A stretch of 54,144 nucleotides of DNA from a virus (lineage: Duplodnaviria > Caudoviricetes), in the IMG/VR virus record IMGVR_UViG_3300036851_000065, positions 1-54,144 of that record; one strand, given 5' to 3'. The position numbers and the translations under genes are program-made. The notes below the pieces were generated by a model. It was not told the origin of the DNA. It saw only the letters and a list, made by a program, of their open reading frames with translations, and ran no database searches. Within the stretch, counting starts at the first letter, position 1. Each line of letters begins with the position of its first letter. This document shows, piece by piece, positions 46,238-54,144 of the stretch.

Positions 46238-47011
46238 TTGGAATTAAAGCAAATATCGTACACCTATCTTAATACTCTAGCGTGTTCATATCAAACGTTC
46301 TTAAAGTATGAGGGCAAAATTAAAGGCCCGACTACACCGCCTCTGGCTCTAGGTAATGCTCTGCATTTTTCATTAGAGAACGGATTTCTTCAGCCTATTT
46401 TTTCCGAGAAAAAGTTTATTGATTTATTCACTGAGGAATTCCATCGGATCATCGAAGATGAAGATGTATTCATTACCTATCCAGAGTTAAAGAAAAACGA
46501 GGCCGAAGGTATTGAAATAATATCTCGGTACTGGAATGATATGGAACGAGGGAAATTAACTAAGGCTCCCCTCGCAGTAGAGAAAGAGTTTCGTCTCCCT
46601 ATAGCTGGTATTGATATTGTTGGTAAGATAGATAAGATCGAAAGATTGCCAGACAATACCCTTGCAGTTACCGACTATAAATCAGGAAAGATGAAGCCTG
46701 ATCCGTGGTTCCTCCGCAGGAATCTACAGTTTACGGCCTATTATATGGCCGTGTACATGATCTACGGGGAGTACCCGAGCAAGATCATATGGCATCACTT
46801 ACGTACCGGCTCTCTAATAGAGACTCAGCGTGATGAATGGGACATAAAAAACTTAACGCGCAACATTGAAGCAGCTATTAAGCTGCGTGCTGACGACACC
46901 CGTTATCGTATTTATAATGATCGTGTTTGTAATTATTGTCCCTTCTCTGGTAACGGAGGCGCGTGTGACGATAAAGATTTAGAAGCGAGGATACTGGCTA
47001 ACCGTGGATAG
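46238..47011 (+). CDS. PD-(D/E)xK RecB/Cas4-like exonuclease
   Basis: ISY..L...C, G.ALH, VEK.F, GKIDKI...DYKSG, Q...Y, C..CPF...C. Confidence 0.9.
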   Translation: MELKQISYTYLNTLACSYQTFLKYEGKIKGPTTPPLALGNALHFSLENGFLQPIFSEKKFIDLFTEEFHRIIEDEDVFITYPELKKNEAEGIEIISRYWNDMERGKLTKAPLAVEKEFRLPIAGIDIVGKIDKIERLPDNTLAVTDYKSGKMKPDPWFLRRNLQFTAYYMAVYMIYGEYPSKIIWHHLRTGSLIETQRDEWDIKNLTRNIEAAIKLRADDTRYRIYNDRVCNYCPFSGNGGACDDKDLEARILANRG

Positions 47012-47489
47012 TATACAGTTAACATCAAGATTAGACCCGTATTTTATTATAGCTGAGGAAGTAGCTAAACGCTCTCCTTGTACACGTAGACAATACGGAT
47101 CAGTTATTGCTTTCAATGGCCCCGAAATTTATTGGACAGGCGAGTGTAACAAACGATTATCCGCTTGTTGTAATGGGGTATGTGCAAGAGATACATTTAA
47201 CACAAAGCACGGGCAGCGTACAGAAGTCGGGGCTGAAATTCACAGCGAAGTAGCAGCACTTATTGATACTAATCTCAAAGCAAATGAGTCTCATTTCATT
47301 TTGGTTGGTTTTGAAAAGGGGCACGAGCTAAGAGGATCAAACGTTTACCCATGCCATGCTTGTGCATTATCCATTAAATACGCGGGCTATAGATATATCT
47401 ACATAAAGAACACCGATGATTTCATCGTACCGATATCAATCAGCGAGATATTGAAATATAGGGAGGACGAGTGGGAACCAGATGCCTAA
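47004..47489 (+). CDS. dCMP deaminase family protein
   Basis: AKRSPC.RRQYG, HSE.AAL, PCHAC. Confidence 0.9.
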   Translation: MDSIQLTSRLDPYFIIAEEVAKRSPCTRRQYGSVIAFNGPEIYWTGECNKRLSACCNGVCARDTFNTKHGQRTEVGAEIHSEVAALIDTNLKANESHFILVGFEKGHELRGSNVYPCHACALSIKYAGYRYIYIKNTDDFIVPISISEILKYREDEWEPDA

Positions 47490-47679
47490 TCAAATTGAAA
47501 TGATACAAGAATACGCATCAGATATTTGGCCTGTTCATAATCTCTATGAAGTAGGACAACTAATATACGTTCTCCGTAACATGGGGGACACTGAATTAGC
47601 TGGCAGGCTAGAAGAGTGGAAATCTCGTATGGAAACACGAATCCATGCTGAGTTTAGTCAACCACAAGAGGCAGTTTAA
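47482..47679 (+). CDS. Hypothetical protein
   Basis: ORF coupled in operon. Confidence 0.5.
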   Translation: MPNQIEMIQEYASDIWPVHNLYEVGQLIYVLRNMGDTELAGRLEEWKSRMETRIHAEFSQPQEAV

Positions 47680-48047
47680 TGGGATACTTTACTTCATTCA
47701 CACTAATATTAAAGGCCGATGATCCCGACCACATTAAAGCTGTTAATGAATACATAGAAAACCTAACTAGTGATGATGAGGCCAAAGAAGGTTTTAGTTC
47801 TGATTATATTTCTGGCATGTATCAACGTTTGGACGGTGTTTGGAAATCATCAGATCGTTGGAAATGGTATGAACATGATGACGACATGAAAATATTGTCA
47901 TCTGAATTTCCTGAGGTTCTTTTTATCCTTTACGGTGAGGGTGAAGAGAACGGAGATATTTGGCGCTCATACTATAAGAATGGTAAGATGAAAACACTTA
48001 CTGCCCGTATTGTATTTGATGAATATGATCCTAAGGAGTTAGAATGA
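47679..48047 (+). CDS. Conserved phage hypothetical protein
   Basis: MGY.T.F.L...KWYEH..DMK.LS..FP.VLF.L.GEGEE.GD.W. Confidence 0.7.
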   Translation: MGYFTSFTLILKADDPDHIKAVNEYIENLTSDDEAKEGFSSDYISGMYQRLDGVWKSSDRWKWYEHDDDMKILSSEFPEVLFILYGEGEENGDIWRSYYKNGKMKTLTARIVFDEYDPKELE

Positions 48048-48484
48048 GTCAAAAAACTTTAGAGTTACTACAAACAGGTGGTCGCTCTTTAGAAGAAGCA
48101 AAAGCAATCATTAAGGCTGGTCATCCGCCCGAAGCTGAGGGTGTAATACTAGTAGATTTTGATGCGACATTATATCCGTATGGATATTTATTTGATGCTC
48201 CTGCACCACTACCCGGCGCGGCTGAATTCATGCAAGCCGTAGCTGCGGCGGGCTACAAAGCTATTATCTTCACGTCTAGGCTGTCTCCACGATGGTTAGA
48301 GTCAGTAGGTCAGACTGCGCAGCAACATATTGATTACATTACCGAAGTATGTAACCGTGATGGTATTCCATTCACTGATATTATTGGTGAAAAGGTACCA
48401 AGTATTGCGATCTACGATGACAAAGCAGTACGAGTAAAAGATTGGGCCTCTATAGATCACTCTAAGTACGGGGTGAATTTATGA
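48044..48484 (+). CDS. HAD-superfamily phosphatase
   Basis: VDFDATL, FTSR, K...YDDK. Confidence 0.85.
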   Translation: MSQKTLELLQTGGRSLEEAKAIIKAGHPPEAEGVILVDFDATLYPYGYLFDAPAPLPGAAEFMQAVAAAGYKAIIFTSRLSPRWLESVGQTAQQHIDYITEVCNRDGIPFTDIIGEKVPSIAIYDDKAVRVKDWASIDHSKYGVNL

Positions 48485-49029
48485 GGATAGCTTTCTTTGG
48501 ACCGATGTGTTCGGGTAAAACTTACTGTGCAGACTACTTAGTTAAGAATCGCGGTTTCACCAAAGTTAATTTCGCTTACAAGTTAAAGAAATTAGCAGCA
48601 GAAATCTTTGATGTTCATACTAAAGACGGGCACGACAGAATTGTACTACAACAACTAGGACAAAAAATGCGTGAGATTGATCCTGATGTTTGGGTTAAGC
48701 TTGCGTTGAAGGAAGTAGCATTTCATGAGTATGCTAATGGTACAGAGAGATTTGTGTTTGATGATCTTCGATACATGAATGAAGCTTCGGCATTAAAAGA
48801 AGCGGGCTTTACGTTGGTACGTGTGTACGTTCCTGAGAACATACGACTACAAAGAATTAAAGACCTTTATCCTAACACACCCGAAGATTCAGCATCGCAT
48901 TCATCTGAGCTAGAGTGGGCAAATATTGTTCCCGATCTTATAATTGACTCTGCCTATCCTGACTCACCTAATCAACAAATTGATAATTTTTTGGGGAAGA
49001 TTTCCCCGACTTTTTCAGAAAGGATATAA
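48481..49029 (+). CDS. Deoxynucleoside monophosphate kinase
   Basis: GPMCSGKT, FA.KLK, R..LQQLG..MR..DPDVWV, DDLRY.NE, H.SE. Confidence 0.9.
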   Translation: MRIAFFGPMCSGKTYCADYLVKNRGFTKVNFAYKLKKLAAEIFDVHTKDGHDRIVLQQLGQKMREIDPDVWVKLALKEVAFHEYANGTERFVFDDLRYMNEASALKEAGFTLVRVYVPENIRLQRIKDLYPNTPEDSASHSSELEWANIVPDLIIDSAYPDSPNQQIDNFLGKISPTFSERI

Positions 49030-49034
49030 ATATA

Positions 49035-49238
49035 ATGGCAGATAGAATTAAAGGGTTCAAGATATCGTTTTATGATGATGAAATTGAGCCTTTCGAATTA
49101 ATTAGGCAGTATCAGGACCCGGAGGGCTGGTACATCACGGATGCCGGACTCAACGAGGACGAGACGGGCTATTATATTGGGGCTAGCGGTACGGGGACTC
49201 AATGGAGCAGCGAGACATGTAGGCATTGCTGTAACTAA
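49035..49238 (+). CDS. Hypothetical protein ending in CRHCCN
   Basis: AGGA RBS. Confidence 0.55.
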   Translation: MADRIKGFKISFYDDEIEPFELIRQYQDPEGWYITDAGLNEDETGYYIGASGTGTQWSSETCRHCCN

Positions 49239-49390
49239 AGAATGGTTAGATAAAGTTACAGAAATTGTAGGTCGTCGTACTCGTAATGATCAAGCTAAAT
49301 TGTGGAATAATCCCTTTAATACTAGTACTTCTACGGCTACAAAAAATTTAGAGTTTAATATGCAATATGAGAATGAAGATGTAAGCTTGG

Positions 49391-49966
49391 GTGAGAAATG
49401 CTGTGGCGGACTCTGCTGCAATTAGGATTGCTTTTGTAGGACTACATAATTCAGGTAAAACCTTTGCCGCTCATTATCTATATAAGCACCATAATTTTAA
49501 AACAGTAAAGATGATGGACGGTACAGCTAAGGTTGTTAAGTGGTTCTATAAGTATCGTTCTCATGAGAGGATTAAATGGGAACGTCGTGTTGAGTTCTAT
49601 GACGCTCTCTATACTCTTGATCCTGACATACACGTTGATTATTTACTCCGTCGATTGGACGGGGGCCAAGAAACTACTCGTGATGTAGTAGTAGATGATG
49701 TTAGATACGCTAATGAAGTTATCAAATTACATAAGGCTGGATTTATCATCGTTCGTATGACGATGGAAAATGAAAGACTTAAAAGGATCGTAACCAATAA
49801 GCATACGGGCAAGAATAGAGTTTCTCTCAACGAGCAGTTCAACAAGAAGAACAGCGTTTATCCTGTCGATTATAGCATTATTAATGTTACCACTGAGGGT
49901 TTATATAAGATGTTAGATAATCTTGTGGAAAAAGAGCGGGCTAAACGACAAATAGTTGACATTTAG
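49391..49966 (+). CDS. Second, diverged dNMP kinase paralogue
   Basis: RIAFVGLHNSGKT, DPDIHV, VDDVRYANE. Confidence 0.8.
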   Translation: MRNAVADSAAIRIAFVGLHNSGKTFAAHYLYKHHNFKTVKMMDGTAKVVKWFYKYRSHERIKWERRVEFYDALYTLDPDIHVDYLLRRLDGGQETTRDVVVDDVRYANEVIKLHKAGFIIVRMTMENERLKRIVTNKHTGKNRVSLNEQFNKKNSVYPVDYSIINVTTEGLYKMLDNLVEKERAKRQIVDI

Positions 49967-49985
49967 AATACTTAACCTCTATACT
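49956..49985 (+). promoter_or_regulatory. Sigma70-type promoter
   Basis: TTGACA-18 bp-TATACT before the HTH regulator. Confidence 0.7.
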
Positions 49986-50023
49986 TTAGTCACCTAAACA
50001 GGTACTAATTATATGGAGGTTAC

Positions 50024-50494
50024 ATGAGAAAGAAATCCAGCCACTTAACAAGGGTATTAGTAGAAGGAATATCTACGTACTCTGCATACAAGGGAGCTAA
50101 GTTAGCGTACGCTAGAGACTATGATCCCACGCCACAAATAGCTGTCGATCTTGTTACTAAGATGGACCTAGAACGCGCGGCTAAAATATTATTTAACCGT
50201 GGAGAATTATCAGAGCAAGAAATTAAAATGCTGGCGTATGTATCTCTAGACGGCAGATTATCTAGAAGAGATATCTCCCTGATGATTAAAGAAAACGAGG
50301 GAGTCTTTGTTGATCAGAGAACTATCTCTCGTAGATTAGAGTCTGCCTACAATAAAATTTCTAAGTTCTTAGGACACGAGTATAGCGATAGTCGAGTGTT
50401 CCAGATGATAGCTAAAAAGAAAGGCTATCCTGAACCATACATACTCAGTGATGACGAAATAGTTGAGATACAACAGATTTGGGAACGGATTTAA
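50024..50494 (+). CDS. Sigma region 4-like HTH transcription regulator (possible late activator)
   Basis: LSEQE..ML...LSRRDIS...DQRTISRRLESA..KI; GGAGG RBS. Confidence 0.65.
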   Translation: MRKKSSHLTRVLVEGISTYSAYKGAKLAYARDYDPTPQIAVDLVTKMDLERAAKILFNRGELSEQEIKMLAYVSLDGRLSRRDISLMIKENEGVFVDQRTISRRLESAYNKISKFLGHEYSDSRVFQMIAKKKGYPEPYILSDDEIVEIQQIWERI

Positions 50495-50673
50495 TGATTA
50501 CAATTGATGTAGCTCGTACATTATTATGGGCGTGGTATATAGTGTGGGTACTAGGTTTAATTAGCGCCTTTTTGACGCTAGCAGCTAATAAAGGTACTAG
50601 TGGATCAATACGATACGGTGTGCCCACCTTAGTTTTTATAGCTCTATCTACTTATGTAGTATTAAACGTTTAA
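50479..50673 (+). CDS. Small membrane protein
   Basis: Two hydrophobic segments. Confidence 0.55.
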   Translation: MGTDLMITIDVARTLLWAWYIVWVLGLISAFLTLAANKGTSGSIRYGVPTLVFIALSTYVVLNV

Positions 50674-50681
50674 GGATTTAT

Positions 50682-50879
50682 ATGGGAAGACCAAGAAAGA
50701 TAGTTAAAGAGGATGATATAGTAGATAAGATCACTGACAAAACTTCTCTACTGGATATTATTGCGGACGCGGTTCAGGCAGGGTGCGGAATTCCAGGCTG
50801 CAAGGGAAAGTTCCATTACCCTGAGGCACAGTTAATTGTTAACCGGCTAAGAAATGCTGGATATTTAAAGGAAGTTTAA
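50682..50879 (+). CDS. Hypothetical protein with GRPRK AT-hook-like start
   Basis: MGRPRK; C..PGC...H. Confidence 0.55.
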   Translation: MGRPRKIVKEDDIVDKITDKTSLLDIIADAVQAGCGIPGCKGKFHYPEAQLIVNRLRNAGYLKEV

Positions 50880-50885
50880 TAAACG

Positions 50886-51101
50886 TTGGGCGCTTGTGTA
50901 GTATGTGAGACAGCAACATCGGGATCACTAGAGTTTTGTAAAAAGCATTATAATGATCACAAAGAAGATATCATGGCTAAAGAACCGTGGGTACGCGCTC
51001 TTAAAAACGATGCTCAAAGAGAGAGACGGCGGCGGGCTAAAGAATACGAGGACACTAGTTTAGATAGAATACTAGATGCTGAGTATAAGAAGAGGTATTA
51101 A
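50886..51101 (+). CDS. Small Zn-binding protein
   Basis: CVVC...FCKKH. Confidence 0.55.
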   Translation: MGACVVCETATSGSLEFCKKHYNDHKEDIMAKEPWVRALKNDAQRERRRRAKEYEDTSLDRILDAEYKKRY

Positions 51102-51391
51102 TGACAACTAGAGAGTTATATCTACCTGTACTTGATTGGTTCTTTACAGAAGTAGATAATAAGTTAGGGCTCCCCGAAAATATAGCTAAAGAGTCATGGG
51201 CAGACATGAGTTACGACGCATTAATGGATAGATTATCGGATGAAACAGACGAGCTTTATTTTGCCGTCGATAATTTCCTTATTGCGGATGAGGATAAGAA
51301 AAATACACGAAGAGACGTAGTAATTAAAGAAGCTGCCGATGTTGCAGCATTTGCTATGATGATTGCCGACAGAGTTAGGAAAGATATTTAA
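51101..51391 (+). CDS. MazG-like all-alpha phage protein
   Basis: DETDEL...KEAADVAAFAMMIAD. Confidence 0.6.
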   Translation: MTTRELYLPVLDWFFTEVDNKLGLPENIAKESWADMSYDALMDRLSDETDELYFAVDNFLIADEDKKNTRRDVVIKEAADVAAFAMMIADRVRKDI

Positions 51392-51560
51392 TGGACGATA
51401 ATAGTGTATTAATATGGGGAATTATCTCTATTTCATCAATCGCAATAACAGCTTTAATAGTGTTTACATACAAACTTAGGTAGGTGAAATTATTGCACCG
51501 AAAGTTACCATATTTTTTATTACTGAGAAAAATATTTTTAAATAAAAGAAAGGGATTAAA

Positions 51561-51740
51561 ATGAGTGAAGTTTGTAGAGGTAGTCATATTGGACTATGGG
51601 TAGATAAAAATAAATCAAATCATTTTGAGGGGGAGTTAGCTCAATGTAGAAATGAAGCGGGCTCTGAACCCAAATGGCACAAAATTTCAGAATTAGTTTC
51701 ATTTAAATATTATACAGTCATTGAAAGTTTAGATTTATAG
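51561..51740 (+). CDS. Hypothetical 59-aa protein
   Basis: AAGGGA RBS, TAG stop abutting the next ORF in frame. Confidence 0.45.
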   Translation: MSEVCRGSHIGLWVDKNKSNHFEGELAQCRNEAGSEPKWHKISELVSFKYYTVIESLDL

Positions 51741-52151
51741 TTGCCTATAATAGATATAGCAGGACAAAAATTTGGTAGATTACTTGCTTTGTACCAAGAG
51801 GGTGTATCTAAAGATCGTCAAATAGTTTGGAACTGTTTATGTGATTGTGGTACGGTAACTATTACCAAATCTAGAAATTTAAGGGAAGGTAGAACTAAGT
51901 CTTGTGGGTGCTTAAATAAAGAACTTAGTTCTCAAAGGTTAAAAAAAGTAAAGCCGCAGTCGCCTAAATTAAAATGTAAGCGGGGACATGATACTTCTAA
52001 ATTAGAACAACGCACTAAGAATCGTACTTGTAAATTATGCCACAACCGTGTTCCTCGTTCTATTGCTAGAAAATATAGACGTTATAAAACAAATCTAACT
52101 AATCGTATTATTGCTAAAGAGGCGAAGCTTGCTACGCTAGAAAGAGAATAA
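51741..52151 (+). CDS. Homing-endonuclease-associated DNA-binding protein with no evident nuclease domain
   Basis: DIAGQKFGRL...WNCLCDCG...LREGRTKSCGC plus CKRGH...RTCKLC. Confidence 0.7.
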   Translation: MPIIDIAGQKFGRLLALYQEGVSKDRQIVWNCLCDCGTVTITKSRNLREGRTKSCGCLNKELSSQRLKKVKPQSPKLKCKRGHDTSKLEQRTKNRTCKLCHNRVPRSIARKYRRYKTNLTNRIIAKEAKLATLERE

Positions 52152-52153
52152 GT

Positions 52154-52360
52154 ATGATACCTAAATCAGATATAGAAATGGAACGTGCTAAGATCATTAA
52201 GGTATCTCGCACACTGATTAGATTGAAGCACTCATTAGCTGCTGATAAAGAGCTAAACGATATCCTGCCGGGGCAGCTAGATGAATTTGATATAGCCCTA
52301 CAACACGGCGAGCTAAAATCAGTACACGCGGGGCTGTTAAAAGAAATAGCGGAGTCCTAA
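52154..52360 (+). CDS. Hypothetical protein
   Basis: ORF in operon. Confidence 0.5.
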   Translation: MIPKSDIEMERAKIIKVSRTLIRLKHSLAADKELNDILPGQLDEFDIALQHGELKSVHAGLLKEIAES

Positions 52361-52361
52361 T

Positions 52362-52925
52362 TTGTTGACCACCAAGAAGAGACTTAAGATACTGGACTTC
52401 GACATAGAAAATAGACCACTATCGTATTGGGTACCAGATCAACCTACAGCAGAGATAACAGCTATTGCTAGCTGTTGGACCGATGATCCTAAATCTATGG
52501 TTGTGCATTTACTAGGTCAAGATGATCCTGTTGTTATGCTGAAAAATTTTGTAGCTCGTTACAATAAGGCAGACATGGTGACAGGCCACTACATCAGGAA
52601 GCACGACCTACCCATTATTAACGGGGCTTTAATGGAGTACGGGCTGCCCAAGCTGGAACGTAAGCTGACGTGTGATACTCGCTTAGATATGTATAAAAAG
52701 GGAGCTATACCTGCGACTCAGGAATTCCTTAGCGAGCTATTAAAATTGAAACACCCTAAGGTACACATGACACAAAATGATTGGCGCGAGGCTAACAGAC
52801 TAACTCCTGAGGGGATAGAGATAACTAGGAAACGTGTATCAGGTGACGTACTACAGCATATGGATTTACGTATAGCTATGGTGAATTCTCAGTTACTTGG
52901 CCCGCCGAAATTCTGGCGTCCATAA
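52362..52925 (+). CDS. DnaQ/RNase H-like 3'-5' exonuclease
   Basis: ILDFDIE, AD.VTGHY...HDLP, DT, GDV. Confidence 0.85.
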   Translation: MLTTKKRLKILDFDIENRPLSYWVPDQPTAEITAIASCWTDDPKSMVVHLLGQDDPVVMLKNFVARYNKADMVTGHYIRKHDLPIINGALMEYGLPKLERKLTCDTRLDMYKKGAIPATQEFLSELLKLKHPKVHMTQNDWREANRLTPEGIEITRKRVSGDVLQHMDLRIAMVNSQLLGPPKFWRP

Positions 52926-53133
52926 ACCTTGCAAATTCTTCTGGCGGAATTAAATATGTTAACTTCACAACCTTATATTTAAGAGGTTCACCTAGATCAT
53001 TTATAGATTCATTTTGATCTAGCATCTGTTTTACACTTAATGCAGTTTTTCGTGTAGTATAAGGACCGTCTGCATGAACAGCTTGTTGATTTAAGATTGT
53101 GATTACTGCCCAAACATAGCCGTGCTTATTCAT
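52876..53133 (-). CDS. Hypothetical protein
   Basis: Chain of overlapping minus-strand ORFs. Confidence 0.55.
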   Translation of the reverse strand: MNKHGYVWAVITILNQQAVHADGPYTTRKTALSVKQMLDQNESINDLGEPLKYKVVKLTYLIPPEEFARFMDARISAGQVTENSP

Positions 53134-53329
53134 CTAACATTCTAGCGTAACTAGGCCACCCATTGTCATTTAAATACATAGTGTAACGTCCGGGTTCTAG
53201 TTCAGGTTCATCTAAGCTCGCTAAATATACATTATATTCACAGTCAAGTAGATTAGGACGACAACTTAATGGGTGCTGTAATCCATAACCTGTTGCATTG
53301 AATTCAACTATATGTTCGTTATCATTCAT
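53126..53329 (-). CDS. Hypothetical protein
   Basis: Chain of overlapping minus-strand ORFs; QHPL.CR..L.DC motif. Confidence 0.6.
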   Translation of the reverse strand: MNDNEHIVEFNATGYGLQHPLSCRPNLLDCEYNVYLASLDEPELEPGRYTMYLNDNGWPSYARMLDE

Positions 53330-53621
53330 TGACGCTCCTAAGTTTTGGAAATCCTAATTTCTTAGAGGTACGTATAGTCCAACCATCTAGTAGCGGAAGG
53401 GCAGCATCAATAAACACTGACCATTGTTCATCATCCCAACTCCAACCATCAGAAATAACAGTTTCTAAAAGCTCTTGAATGGTATCAATATGGGAGAATA
53501 AGAGAGCGGCTTGACTTCGACTAATGCCCCCGCCGATCTTAGCTTGTCTTTCAATATCCTTTCTGATACCGGCAGTTAAAGCATGTCCTCCTGACGATAT
53601 CTTAACCCCCATTCTTTTCAT
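53322..53621 (-). CDS. Hypothetical protein
   Basis: Chain of overlapping minus-strand ORFs. Confidence 0.55.
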   Translation of the reverse strand: MKRMGVKISSGGHALTAGIRKDIERQAKIGGGISRSQAALLFSHIDTIQELLETVISDGWSWDDEQWSVFIDAALPLLDGWTIRTSKKLGFPKLRSVNE

Positions 53622-53793
53622 ACTTCTCTCTATATTCTTCTAATACCTTATCAGCTTCCTTTGAGGCTTCAAAAAATTCGGGGGCCTCAGGATCACCTAT
53701 TGCCCATTCGTTTAAAGTATGAAGTGCCTTATATAGTTTATCTACTATTAGGGTAGTATCTTTATATTCGGCCCCCACTTTTGTTTTAGTCAC
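53602..53793 (-). CDS. Hypothetical protein
   Basis: Chain of overlapping minus-strand ORFs. Confidence 0.55.
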   Translation of the reverse strand: MTKTKVGAEYKDTTLIVDKLYKALHTLNEWAIGDPEAPEFFEASKEADKVLEEYREKYEKNGG

Positions 53794-53825
53794 AGTATAT
53801 CCACACTATAAATCCCCCTATTGCG

Positions 53826-54107
53826 TCAATCATCCGGGTCATCAGCCTCATTAGCCCACCCGTTTATAAGTGTATCTAAAGGTGAGCCAAGATAAGCTAT
53901 TTCTATAGCTTCTACAACACCTTCTTTTTGTCCGTCTCTACATAGATAAAGATTGTATTGACACTCTACACAATTGATGCGGTGTAAAATGAGATTAATT
54001 ACCCTATCATATATTATTTCTAGCATAGGGCCGCGTTGATATTTAGTTTGAGCTAGATTAACAACCTCGTCATAGGTCCAAGTTTTATCAAACCAATACT
54101 TACTCAT
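53826..54107 (-). CDS. Hypothetical protein
   Basis: Minus-strand ORF, H...CVEC....C motif. Confidence 0.55.
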   Translation of the reverse strand: MSKYWFDKTWTYDEVVNLAQTKYQRGPMLEIIYDRVINLILHRINCVECQYNLYLCRDGQKEGVVEAIEIAYLGSPLDTLINGWANEADDPDD

Positions 54108-54144
54108 TACTCATCATCATATCGTTCCGGCTTAACCTTATCTT

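Noticed and set aside
46238-47011. Cas4 as part of a CRISPR-Cas system
   Set aside because: Stand-alone RecB/Cas4-like phage exonuclease with no cas1/cas2 or array.
51630-51671. tRNA-like 5' half (GGGGAGTTAGCTCAATGTAGA...GGG-CTCTGAA-CCC)
   Set aside because: No T arm or acceptor 3' strand, and it lies inside a plausible ORF; probably chance.
6695-52925. Genome-wide TAG reassignment (code 15), suggested by the CUA tRNA
   Set aside because: Long genes are uninterrupted in code 11, and several TAG stops are followed within a few codons by TAA or TGA (21012, 43881, 44895).
1-54144. Prophage integration module or host flanks
   Set aside because: No integrase, repressor or host housekeeping genes are visible; the tRNAs are divergent phage-type genes.

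Overview
The window is a ~54 kb, AT-rich segment of a tailed dsDNA phage (siphovirus-like: tail tube, frameshifted chaperone, 1585-aa tape measure, no sheath). The host is probably a monoderm, because the lysis cassette has no evident spanins; this is inference. Layout: (1) 27-6627, a cluster of 16 tRNA genes including an amber (CUA) suppressor and several atypical tRNAs, interleaved with a vWA protein, a secreted PT-linker/DNRLRE-like protein, two HNH endonucleases and small ORFs. (2) 6.7-36.5 kb, packaging, head, neck and tail genes, with two glycosyltransferases inside the head-tail joining module and a duplicated distal-tail (Dit) domain fused to a long repeat fibre. (3) A strongly structured hammerhead-like RNA, a third glycosyltransferase and the lysis cassette. 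(4) 40-53 kb, replication and nucleotide genes (gp32-like SSB, DnaB, PD-(D/E)xK nucleases, dCMP deaminase, two dNMP kinases). (5) Small convergent minus-strand ORFs at the end. Best candidate system: a three-glycosyltransferase virion glycosylation module, with Ser-Gly-rich structural proteins and a ribozyme-like leader on one transferase. All calls come from reading motifs by eye; no searches were run.
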